Below the pieces are notes generated by a model that saw only the letters and a program-made list of their open reading frames with translations, made no database searches and was not told the origin of the DNA. From Phycisphaerales bacterium (GTDB taxonomy: Bacteria; Planctomycetota; Phycisphaerae; Phycisphaerales; UBA1924): DNA of 26,893 nt. Every line of letters begins with the position of its first letter. Position 1 is the stretch's first letter. The stretch spans positions 1-26,893 of the forward strand of contig JAJDDH010000166.1 in the NCBI GenBank assembly GCA_029260415.1, given 5' to 3'. The translations under genes and the position numbers were made by a program. Positions 7,924 to 15,895 of the stretch are shown piece after piece.

Positions 7924-9897
7924 GCTGACCTGACCCGAGAAGTACCGGCGAGACGTGCCCCACGCGTCCTGCGCGACCTCCACACCCATGTGACGACCCG
8001 GCAGGTCATCCGCGGGCGGGTGGATGCCACCCCAGATGCGCGAGAGTGACGTCTGGTCCGACGCGTCGCGGTAGGTCGCCCACTGCAGCGTGATGTTCTG
8101 GCTCGGGCCCTCCTCGAAGATGAGGAACTCGTTCTGCGGGCAGAAGAACTCGCCCACGCCGCCCGGGAAGAACTCGCTGCCCGTCATCCAGGTCATGAGC
8201 TCCGAGGCGCCCCGCGAGAACGTCGAGTGCCCCGAGACGTAGCCCGCGAACGGGGGCGTCACGAACGTCGGGCGCTGGTAGGGCCACCACTCTTCGATCA
8301 GGATCCAGTCCACGCCCGCTTCGTCGATCTCCGGATCGACGATGTAGTCCGGGCCGCGCCAGGCCTTGACGACGATCTTGCCCTCGTTGCCCGCCAGGTG
8401 CTCGTGGCGCTCGCCGGGCGCGGTGGTCGTCGAAGTGCACACCTCGATCAGCCCCGGGTACAGCGCGATGCCGTCGGGGTCAAAGCTCGCCTGGCCCATG
8501 TCGGAACTCTGTCCCTGGTCGCCCATGTAGCGGATGGCGCTGATCGGACGCAGGTAGTCGTACCAGCCCTTGCAGCCCCAGGCAGTCACCGCGACGTCGT
8601 GCATCATGCCGCCGAGCATCAGGTACGCCTTCACGTCCCACTCGAGATCGGGGAGGATCGGGCCCTCGCCGCCGAATCGCTTCTCGAACAGCGGGTGGTC
8701 GTTGACGTAGTTGAGGATCGAGAACCAGTGCCCGGGAGGGGTCTCGGAGGCGGGGCCGTCGGCCCAGAACTCCGCGAGGATGCGGGCGTAGTCGCCGCGC
8801 GGCACGATCTGCGCCGGGTAGGGCGCCATGGTCACCGGGTTCATCGCCCAGCCCATGCCAGAGTCGCCGCCGTTGACGAAGTCGTAGTACGTCGCCCAGT
8901 CGTTGACGCCCGGCAGCGGGCTGTTGCCGAAGCTGGCGGGTGAGATGTCGATCATGACCCCGTCGCTCGGGTCCAGATGGCTCGACCACGAGACGACCAT
9001 CTCGTTGCCCCAGCGGTAGTAGTCGTCGCCCACCCCGTTGAAGAACGGGGGGTCGCCCGGGTCGTGGTAGACGGGGTACGGGTCGCCGCCCCGTGAGTAG
9101 TTGATTTTGTCCTCGTCATGCAGCGCGAAGCCCGCGACCTGTCCCCACTCGGGGCCGAGGAACTCGAGCGAGCCCAGCGGGATCGGGATGTCGTTCTGGT
9201 CCAGGAAGAACTCGATCGCCAGAGGCTGCCAGCGGTTCACGTCCGAGATGTCCGGGTTGCCCGGGAAGTCGGGGAACAGCGGCAGGTTCACGGCCTCGTA
9301 GAACAGGTTGTCGTAGTCGTTCGCTTCGTTGGCGCCGTCCGTCAGCCCGAACAGGATGACCGACGCGCCGATCCGGTTGCCCAGCGCCGCGGGCGTGTCG
9401 CCGATCGTCGTCGTCACCATCGGGTCGTACCCGAGCGATGCCATCTGCGCCTCGACCATCGGGAGGATCGCCGCCGCGCCCACCGAGGGCGTGAACCGCT
9501 GCACCAGGACCCGGTACATCGCGTAGCTGATCGCCTCGTTGCGGGCCGCCTCGACATCGACCGCGGTCTGGCGCTCGCTGTGGAAGACCTGGTCCGCCAC
9601 GTCGTCGTACGCCGCCCACGCGTCCCACATCGCCGCCGACGTGTGGTACAGGTTCCGCGCGTGAACCGTCGGGCGGGCCTTGTCGTTGCGGATCGCCTCA
9701 AGAAGCACGTCGTTCCACTGGCGCGCGACCGAGTGCACGCCCCGCGGCGTCGCGGGCGTCACGCTGCCGTCGGCGTGGTGGGTGCGGTAGATGAACCCGG
9801 CCTCCTGGGCGCTGGCGGGCGTGGCCGCCACCCCCGAGAGCCCCAACGCGATCAGGCCGGCCGCGGCGATCGCCCCTGTGTGCTGTGTACCCGTCAT
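7753..9897 (-). CDS. Secreted vanadium-dependent haloperoxidase/PAP2-superfamily protein, paralogue 1, with C-terminal GC-type dockerin-like domain
   Basis: Signal peptide (AIAAAGLIALGLSGVAATPASA-QE). All three vanadate/phosphate-binding motifs are present: K-x6-RP (KGWYDYLRP), PPFAGYVSGH and SRIWGGIH. Also AEFWADGP, and the protein ends in GAGCP. Confidence 0.85.
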   Translation of the reverse strand: MTGTQHTGAIAAAGLIALGLSGVAATPASAQEAGFIYRTHHADGSVTPATPRGVHSVARQWNDVLLEAIRNDKARPTVHARNLYHTSAAMWDAWAAYDDVADQVFHSERQTAVDVEAARNEAISYAMYRVLVQRFTPSVGAAAILPMVEAQMASLGYDPMVTTTIGDTPAALGNRIGASVILFGLTDGANEANDYDNLFYEAVNLPLFPDFPGNPDISDVNRWQPLAIEFFLDQNDIPIPLGSLEFLGPEWGQVAGFALHDEDKINYSRGGDPYPVYHDPGDPPFFNGVGDDYYRWGNEMVVSWSSHLDPSDGVMIDISPASFGNSPLPGVNDWATYYDFVNGGDSGMGWAMNPVTMAPYPAQIVPRGDYARILAEFWADGPASETPPGHWFSILNYVNDHPLFEKRFGGEGPILPDLEWDVKAYLMLGGMMHDVAVTAWGCKGWYDYLRPISAIRYMGDQGQSSDMGQASFDPDGIALYPGLIEVCTSTTTAPGERHEHLAGNEGKIVVKAWRGPDYIVDPEIDEAGVDWILIEEWWPYQRPTFVTPPFAGYVSGHSTFSRGASELMTWMTGSEFFPGGVGEFFCPQNEFLIFEEGPSQNITLQWATYRDASDQTSLSRIWGGIHPPADDLPGRHMGVEVAQDAWGTSRRYFSGQVSCPADYDGNRVLNFTDVIGFLTAFSEGDLICDIAPPFRTVDFSDVLAFLTSFGAGCP

Positions 9898-10006
9898 GGA
9901 TCAAATCCCCGTGTGTATCCCATCTCAACTCATCAGCCAGGGGGGTCCGAGAACCACCAAGGCCCTGCCGGCGCGCAGCGAACGTCGCGCAGAGTCCGGC
10001 CACCCG

Positions 10007-10034
10007 ATCCTACCGCGCGATCCCCTCGATCCAA
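10007..10034 (-). promoter_or_regulatory. Putative sigma70-type promoter for haloperoxidase-like gene 1
   Basis: Minus strand TTGGAT-16 nt-TAGGAT, about 110 nt upstream of ATG 9897 and just downstream of the upstream gene's terminator. Pattern match only. Confidence 0.35.
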
Positions 10035-10079
10035 AGCCAATCTCACGCCCACGGCCCCTCCCGGGGCACGCCCCGACCC

Positions 10080-10126
10080 AAAAAGCCGAGAACCCCCTCC
10101 CGGCGGTCCGGGAAGGGGTTCGCGGC
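10080..10126 (-). terminator. Intrinsic terminator of haloperoxidase-like gene 2
   Basis: Minus strand reads GCCG-C-GAACCCCTTCCCGG-ACCG-CCGGGAGGGGGTTC-T-CGGC-TTTTT: a long stem with one mismatch and one G-U, then a U5 tail, 23 nt after the stop. Confidence 0.88.
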
Positions 10127-10149
10127 GTGTTCCCTCTGGACGACCCGGG

Positions 10150-10320
10150 TTAGGGGCAGCCCTCGCCGAACGCCTCGAGGAAGGCGATCAGGTCGGTGAA
10201 GTTGACGACACGGAACGGCGGGGCGATGTCACAGATCAGGTCCTGCTCCCCGAACGCCGTGATGAACGCGAGCACGTCCGTGAAGTTCAGGATGCGATCG
10301 CCCGAGTAGTCCGCCGGGCA
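10150..10320 (-). repeat. GC-type dockerin-like C-terminal domain, copy 2
   Basis: CPADYSGDRILNFTDVLAFITAFGEQDLICDIAPPFRVVNFTDLIAFLEAFGEGCP-stop. Confidence 0.85.
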
Positions 10321-12348
10321 GGAGATCTGCCCGCTGAAGTACCGACGCCCCTGCGCCATCGCGTCGGGCGCCAGCTTTGTACCGATGTGACGCCCGGGCA
10401 GATCGTCGGCAGGCGGGTGGATCCCGCCCCAGATCCGCGACTGCGAGCACTCGTCGGACGCGTCGATGTACTTGGCCCACTGCAGCTCACAGTCCACGCT
10501 GGGCCCGTCCTCGAACACGAGGAACTCGTTGGCCGGCGCCTCGAACACGCCCATCCCGCCCGGGAAGTACTCCGAGCCCGTCAGCATGGACAGCAGCTCC
10601 GCGGCGCACCGCGAGTACGTCGAGTGCCCGGAGTAGTACCCCGGGAATGGGGGCGAAACGAACGACGGACGCTGGTAGGGCCACCAGTTCTCCGCCAGGA
10701 TCCAGCCCGTGCCCGCGACATCGACGTCCGGGTCCACGATGAAGTCCGGGCCGCGCCACGCCTTGATCGCGATGCTGCCCTCGCTGCCCGCCAGATGCTC
10801 GTGCTTCTGGCCCGCGGCCGTGGTCTCAGCGGTCACGACCTCGATGAAATCAGGGACCAGGTTCACGCCCAGCGGGTTGTAGCTGGGCATCTCCGGGTCC
10901 GAGCACTGCCCGCGATCAGCCATGTACCGGATGGCGCTGATCGGGCGGACGAAGTCGTACCAGCCCTTGGCGCCCCAGCAGGCGATCGCCGTGTCGTGCA
11001 TCGCGCCGCCCAGCAGCAGGTAGGACTTCACGTCCCACTCGAGCTGGTCCAGCTCGGGGCCCTCGCCCATGAACTGGCGGTTCGAGAGCGGGTGGTCGTT
11101 GACGTAGTTGAGGAGCGTGAACCAGTGCCCGGGGGGCGTCTCGGAGGCGGGGCCGTCAGCCCAGAACTCCGCGAGGATGCGCCCGTAGTCGCCGCGCGGG
11201 ACGATCTGGGGCTCGTAGGGCAGGCCCGTGACCGGGTTGACGTCGTAGCCCATGCTGACCGAGCCGCCGTTGACGCGGTCGTAGTACGTCTCCCAGCTAT
11301 CAACCGGGGGAGGGGCGCCATAGTCGCCGATCGACGCGGGGGAGATGTCCCACATCACGCCGTCGGCCGGGTCGAGAAGGGCCGACCACATGGTCACCAT
11401 CTCAAAGCCCCACTTGTAATATTCCTGCGTCTGGATGTCGCCCATCTGCGGGGGCGGTCCGGGGTCGTGGTACACCGGGTAGTCGAACCCACCGCGGGAG
11501 TAGACCGTCGCGTCCTCCTCGTGCAGCGAGAAGCCTTCGACGATGCCCCACTCCGGGCTCAGCGCGTTGAGCGAACCGAACGGCACCGGGTTGCCCGACT
11601 GATCGACAAAGAAGTCGATCGCCAGAGGCTGCCAGCGGTTGCAGTCGATGATCTCCGGGTTGCCCGGGAGGATCACGATCAGCGGCTCGTTGATCGGCTC
11701 GTAATACTCGTTCCCGTAGTTGTTCGCCTCGTTGGAGCCGTCGGCTTGCCCGTACGCGATGATCGACGCCGCGATCCGGTTGCCCAGCGCCGCGGGCGTG
11801 TCGCCCACGGTGGTATCGATGTTCTTGTCGTAGCCCAGCTCGAGCATCAGCGCGTCCAGGTCGGGCATGATCTCCGGCGCCCCGGGCGACGCCTGGAAGC
11901 GGTACCGCATCAGGCGGTACATCGCGTAGCTGATCGCCTCGGCACGGGCCGCGTCCACGTCCACCGCCGTCTGCTTCTCCTGATGCAGGACCTGGTCCTC
12001 GGGGCCGTTGCCGTAGGCCACCCACGCGTCCCACATCGCGGCGCCGCTGTGGTACAGGTTCCGCGCGTGCACCGTCGGGCGGGAGTTGTCACGCCGGATG
12101 GCGAACAGCAGCTCCTCGTTCCAGGTCCGCGCGATCGAGTGTGACTCCTCGCCGCGCCCGGGGACTTCTTCCCACGTGGCGTCGGGGCGCTGCACCTTGA
12201 ATACGTACCGCCCCGGGCGGTGAATCTTCCCGCTCGCCGCGCCGTCCATGATTACCTGAGCCTGGGCCCCGTCGCCCGCGCTCAGCACGACGGCCAACGC
12301 ACCGATCGCCCCGAGCTTCACCATGTTCCGGTTGTGTGTCATCGCCAC
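10150..12348 (-). CDS. Secreted vanadium-dependent haloperoxidase/PAP2-superfamily protein, paralogue 2, with C-terminal GC-type dockerin-like domain
   Basis: Motifs KGWYDFVRP, PPFPGYYSGH, SRIWGGIH and AEFWADGPASETPPGHW; signal peptide (LGAIGALAVVLSAGDGAQA-QV); collinear with paralogue 1. The start is either GTG 12348 or ATG 12342. Confidence 0.85.
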   Translation of the reverse strand: MAMTHNRNMVKLGAIGALAVVLSAGDGAQAQVIMDGAASGKIHRPGRYVFKVQRPDATWEEVPGRGEESHSIARTWNEELLFAIRRDNSRPTVHARNLYHSGAAMWDAWVAYGNGPEDQVLHQEKQTAVDVDAARAEAISYAMYRLMRYRFQASPGAPEIMPDLDALMLELGYDKNIDTTVGDTPAALGNRIAASIIAYGQADGSNEANNYGNEYYEPINEPLIVILPGNPEIIDCNRWQPLAIDFFVDQSGNPVPFGSLNALSPEWGIVEGFSLHEEDATVYSRGGFDYPVYHDPGPPPQMGDIQTQEYYKWGFEMVTMWSALLDPADGVMWDISPASIGDYGAPPPVDSWETYYDRVNGGSVSMGYDVNPVTGLPYEPQIVPRGDYGRILAEFWADGPASETPPGHWFTLLNYVNDHPLSNRQFMGEGPELDQLEWDVKSYLLLGGAMHDTAIACWGAKGWYDFVRPISAIRYMADRGQCSDPEMPSYNPLGVNLVPDFIEVVTAETTAAGQKHEHLAGSEGSIAIKAWRGPDFIVDPDVDVAGTGWILAENWWPYQRPSFVSPPFPGYYSGHSTYSRCAAELLSMLTGSEYFPGGMGVFEAPANEFLVFEDGPSVDCELQWAKYIDASDECSQSRIWGGIHPPADDLPGRHIGTKLAPDAMAQGRRYFSGQISCPADYSGDRILNFTDVLAFITAFGEQDLICDIAPPFRVVNFTDLIAFLEAFGEGCP

Positions 12349-12435
12349 ATCTCTTTACTTGCTGGGTGTTGACAGGGCGATCACGACGCGACGCCCCCTG
12401 CGCAGACCGCGTCCCATGCGCACGCGGCTCCATGC

Positions 12436-12472
12436 ATGCTAAACCATATATTCCGAAAGACATAGAAAATTC
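12436..12472 (-). promoter_or_regulatory. AT-rich patch, probable promoter region of haloperoxidase-like gene 2
   Basis: A markedly AT-rich stretch in GC-rich DNA. The minus strand contains TAnnnT hexamers (TAGCAT at 12441-12436, also TATGGT) about 90 nt upstream of the start. No convincing -35. Confidence 0.35.
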
Positions 12473-12559
12473 AGGAACCGGACAGGAACCAGAACCCTCC
12501 CCAAAGGGCGGCGTCCGGGAACGATGGCGGTCTCTGGGCTCAGGCGAGCCAAACCCGGA

Positions 12560-12733
12560 TCAGGGGCAGCCAGTCCCGAAGGCGCCCAGGAAGGCGACAA
12601 CGTCTGAGAAGTCGAACGTCCCCATCGGGGCCGCCAGGTCCGCCGCGGGCTCGCCCGCGGCGAAGGCGCTCAGGAAGGCCACCACGTCGGAGAAGTCCAG
12701 CGTACCGAACGGCTCGGCCAGATCCGCGATGCA
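12560..12733 (-). repeat. GC-type dockerin-like C-terminal domain, copy 3 (clear internal duplication)
   Basis: CIADLAEPFGTLDFSDVVAFLSAFAAGEPAADLAAPMGTFDFSDVVAFLGAFGTGCP-stop; DFSDVVAFL occurs twice. Confidence 0.88.
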
Positions 12734-14878
12734 GTCGGGCGCGTCCTCGCAGGTCAGCACGGTGACGTTCACGGCGTCCACGCCCGCCTCGACGACCGAC
12801 CCCGAGCCCGTGTCGCTGGCCGTGAACCGCACCCGCACCTGGCTCGACGGCGAGGCGAAGCTGTCGTTGAGGGTGAAGCTCTTTGCGAACCACCCGCCGC
12901 CCGCCTCGGGGCCCGTGGGCCCGACCGTCTCGAGGTTCTGCCAGCTCGACCCGTTGTTGTTCGAGATCTCGACGACCATGATGTCCTCGTTGGCCGACCC
13001 GCCCGCGGTGTTGGAGAACCAGCGGGCGTAGCTCAGGACCGCCTGTCCGCCCGTCGCGTCCATCGCGGGGCTGGTGAGGGTGGTCGAGCCGCCGTCCACG
13101 TCGGAGTTGCCGTCCTGGTTGTCGGTCAGGTAGCACTGGCCCGAGCCGTCGTAATCGGTCGGGGGATCGCCCCGGTCGCCCCCGCCCGCGGGCACGCCCC
13201 GGTCCCACTGTCCGTCGCTTGCGTTGCCCGAGACGCCCCAGCCCATGTTGGTCTGGAAGTTGTCGTCAAAGTTCGTCGCGCTGTCGCTGGCGATGGGCGC
13301 CGAGAGCGTCGATCCCGGGAAGTCCGCGGGGATGGTGTACGTCTGCCCGCTGGTGGACATTACGCTAACCCAGAAGTTGGCGTCGGTCCCGCAATCGACC
13401 GAGGGGGTGGTGAAGCTCCAGGTCCCGTCGCCGTTGTCGCTGCCGACGACCTCGATCGCGGGCCCGCCCGCGATCACGTTGAGCTTCACTTCCGCCGGGT
13501 CCACGCTCTGGCCCAGCTCCTGAATCTTGATCGAGAGCTGCGCGCCGCCCTCGGGGGGGAACACGCCGGGCAGTTCGCCGTCCATGCTCACCAGCAGGCG
13601 GTCGCCCAGGGCGTCAACGTCGAGGATGAACAGCCCGCGCTCGATGTCGGAGACGATGACGTTGCCCGAGGGGAAGAACGGGTAGTTGCTCCAGGCGCCG
13701 TTGAACCCAAGCCCGTTGGAGCCCGGGTGCGTGTCGAAGTACCCGACCTCGACCGGGTTTGTGGGGTCCGTCGCGTTGAAGATCCGCAGACCCGTGCGGT
13801 AGTTGGACTCGAAGATCAGCTCGTCGCGCGTGTACAGGTTGTGGTCGATCGAGCCCAGCCCGGTCGTGAACGTCCCGGCCTGAAATGGGTTGTTGATGTC
13901 TGACACGTCGAGGATCCGTGTGGTCGTCGTGGAGACCTGCCCGCTGTCCTCGTCCAGCTCATCGTTGAGGTAGAAGTACCGCTTGTCGGGTGAGAGCCAG
14001 CCCTGGTGCGAGTAGCTGGGGGTGGAGTAGAACAGCGTCGAGACGGTAAAGAAGTTATTCGGGTTGGTGACGTCCACGATCCGCAGGCCCGTGCTCGTGA
14101 AGCCGCCGTCGAGACCCGAGTTGCAGAACGCGATCTCACGCCCCGCGAACGGGCCCTCGGAGTAACTGACCACCTGCGCGTCGTGGATGTAGAAGCTGGT
14201 CCACGCCTCGGCGATCTGCGGCGCCTCCGGGTTGTTCAGGTTCAGCTCCACCAGCCCGCCGTTGCCCACGTTCCCGCCCACGATGAACAAACGCCCCGAG
14301 TCCGGGTTGGCGACGATGTTGTGCGCCGTGGAGAACCCGCCCGCGTTGGAGTTGCCAACAAAGGTTACGTTCCCGTTGTCCACGTCCGACAGGTCCATGA
14401 TCTGCACGCCCACGCCCGTCTGGTCGGAGACGCCGTAGGCGTACTCGCCGATGACCTTGACGTCGTGCCAGAGGCTCGCCGGGCCAGGGATGGTCGCGAG
14501 GACGACCGGGCTGGTCGGGTTGGTGATGTCCACGACGCCAAAGCCCGCCTCGAGCCCGAGGATCGCGTACTCACGCCCGCTGGGCGAGACGTACCCCCAG
14601 CAGTCGTTCGAATCCGCGTGGAAGCCCGCGAAGTTGTTGATCGGGATGTTGGCCAGCAGCGTCACGCCGCTCGCGTCGAACAGGCCCCGCTGATCCGCCC
14701 CGTCCACGCTCTGATCCGCCCGGTCGGCGCTCCAGATCGGCCCGAACACCGCCGGCATCTTGTCGGCCAGCTTCCGCCAGTCCTCGTCGTGCGCCAGGGC
14801 GCCCGTGCTCAGCCCGCCCAGCAGGCCCGCGGCGAGGAGGAGACGGATGGAATCGGACGTCCGAGAACCCTTGTACAT
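12560..14878 (-). CDS. Secreted choice-of-anchor B family protein (LVIVD-type beta-propeller, beta-sandwich, GC-type dockerin-like tail), 772 aa
   Basis: Motifs NDCWGYVSPSGREYA, WHDVKV, AHNIV, YIHDAQ, SHQGWL, LNDELDE, SIDHNLY, SNYRTGLRI and GAWSNYPFFPSG, typical of the choice-of-anchor B domain. Signal peptide present. Start moved to ATG 14878, which has an AAGGTG SD. Confidence 0.85.
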   Translation of the reverse strand: MYKGSRTSDSIRLLLAAGLLGGLSTGALAHDEDWRKLADKMPAVFGPIWSADRADQSVDGADQRGLFDASGVTLLANIPINNFAGFHADSNDCWGYVSPSGREYAILGLEAGFGVVDITNPTSPVVLATIPGPASLWHDVKVIGEYAYGVSDQTGVGVQIMDLSDVDNGNVTFVGNSNAGGFSTAHNIVANPDSGRLFIVGGNVGNGGLVELNLNNPEAPQIAEAWTSFYIHDAQVVSYSEGPFAGREIAFCNSGLDGGFTSTGLRIVDVTNPNNFFTVSTLFYSTPSYSHQGWLSPDKRYFYLNDELDEDSGQVSTTTTRILDVSDINNPFQAGTFTTGLGSIDHNLYTRDELIFESNYRTGLRIFNATDPTNPVEVGYFDTHPGSNGLGFNGAWSNYPFFPSGNVIVSDIERGLFILDVDALGDRLLVSMDGELPGVFPPEGGAQLSIKIQELGQSVDPAEVKLNVIAGGPAIEVVGSDNGDGTWSFTTPSVDCGTDANFWVSVMSTSGQTYTIPADFPGSTLSAPIASDSATNFDDNFQTNMGWGVSGNASDGQWDRGVPAGGGDRGDPPTDYDGSGQCYLTDNQDGNSDVDGGSTTLTSPAMDATGGQAVLSYARWFSNTAGGSANEDIMVVEISNNNGSSWQNLETVGPTGPEAGGGWFAKSFTLNDSFASPSSQVRVRFTASDTGSGSVVEAGVDAVNVTVLTCEDAPDCIADLAEPFGTLDFSDVVAFLSAFAAGEPAADLAAPMGTFDFSDVVAFLGAFGTGCP

Positions 14879-15039
14879 ACCAAACACCTTTCGTGGGGAG
14901 CGGCGCAGATCGCGAATTGGCAGCAAGACCCTGCCCGCGACTGCAGGCTACTACGCATACGCCCCTGCCGCCGAGGGGTTTCAGAGACAATCCTCGCTCC
15001 ATCGAACTCGGGGGCTCAACGGGCCGAACAATCCCCGGC

Positions 15040-15882
15040 ATGCGACTCCCCCTCCTTCTCCTCCCCCTCCTCACTGCGCAGGCGCCCCCACCCGCGCTCA
15101 CGCCCCCCCCCGCGCCCGAGCGTCCCACGACCCGTCTACTCCTGCCCGACCTGGACGCGCACCCCCGCCTCGAGGTGAGCTGGACCACCGCCGAGGGTGA
15201 ATCGATCCACCTCGAGGGCGACCGGGCGTACACGGGCGACGCCGGGCGCCTGCCCCTGGGCGAGAACGTCGAGGCCTTCGCCGCCATCGGGGGCACACGC
15301 CTGAGCAAGAGCGCCGGTCACCCCGACGGGCTCATCGTCCGCGCCGGGTTCTACAAGGCCGACATCTCCGCGCCCTTCTTCCGAGACCTGCGCGAGGGCG
15401 CCCGCGTCCGCGTCCGCTTCTCGGGCATCCGCGTCAACCAGCCCGCGGCGCCCCGCCTCGAGTCCGTCGTCCAACACCTCAAGTTCTCGCTCATCGACCT
15501 CGAAGAGTGCGCCATCCCCGACGACGCCTTCGAACAGTTCAACCTCTACAGCCAGACCGAGCTGCTCAACAACCGCATCACCCCGGGACAGGACGCCCGC
15601 CCGGGCGTGCTGGGCGCCTCGGACGTCTCCGCGCACGCGACCACCGAGCCCGATGGTTCGATCACGCTCGACGTGGAGTTCCCCTACGCGATCCTGCGTC
15701 ACGTGCTCGACCCGTGGCACTCGGAGATCCCGGGCACGTTCGTCGAACCGATCCACTTCCACTTCGAGATCGAGCTGCTGCCCGTCGCGACGCTGCGCGC
15801 CATCGAGTCGGGCGAGCAGGTCTGGCCCCCGCCGCTGCGCGACCTGGACGAGTCGGACCAGCAGCCCCTGCCCGACGACTGA
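15040..15882 (+). CDS. Hypothetical exported protein (280 aa)
   Basis: MRLPLLLLPLLTAQA signal-like start and a Pro-rich linker, then a globular-looking region with GC-biased codon usage. No recognised motif. Start chosen at ATG 15040. Confidence 0.65.
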   Translation: MRLPLLLLPLLTAQAPPPALTPPPAPERPTTRLLLPDLDAHPRLEVSWTTAEGESIHLEGDRAYTGDAGRLPLGENVEAFAAIGGTRLSKSAGHPDGLIVRAGFYKADISAPFFRDLREGARVRVRFSGIRVNQPAAPRLESVVQHLKFSLIDLEECAIPDDAFEQFNLYSQTELLNNRITPGQDARPGVLGASDVSAHATTEPDGSITLDVEFPYAILRHVLDPWHSEIPGTFVEPIHFHFEIELLPVATLRAIESGEQVWPPPLRDLDESDQQPLPDD

Positions 15883-15895
15883 CCGATGAGTCGCC

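Noticed and set aside
9118-12144. 1008-aa plus-strand ORF opposite the haloperoxidase genes (and similar ORFs at 16001-17752, 19225-21027, 20414-22069, 21921-23747, 23546-25264)
   Set aside because: These lie antisense to, or in an alternative frame of, well-supported genes, cross intergenic regions and terminators, and have no domain motifs.
12369-12374. Perfect TTGACA on the plus strand
   Set aside because: No -10-like hexamer 16-18 nt downstream (CGCCCC) and no plus-strand gene to serve.
12472-12496. Short direct repeat CAGGAACC x2 plus AGAACC
   Set aside because: Only two 8-mers; too short for CRISPR or VNTR and no supporting context.
15044-15075. Long C/T-only tract
   Set aside because: Explained by Leu/Pro codons of the signal peptide (LPLLLLPLL).
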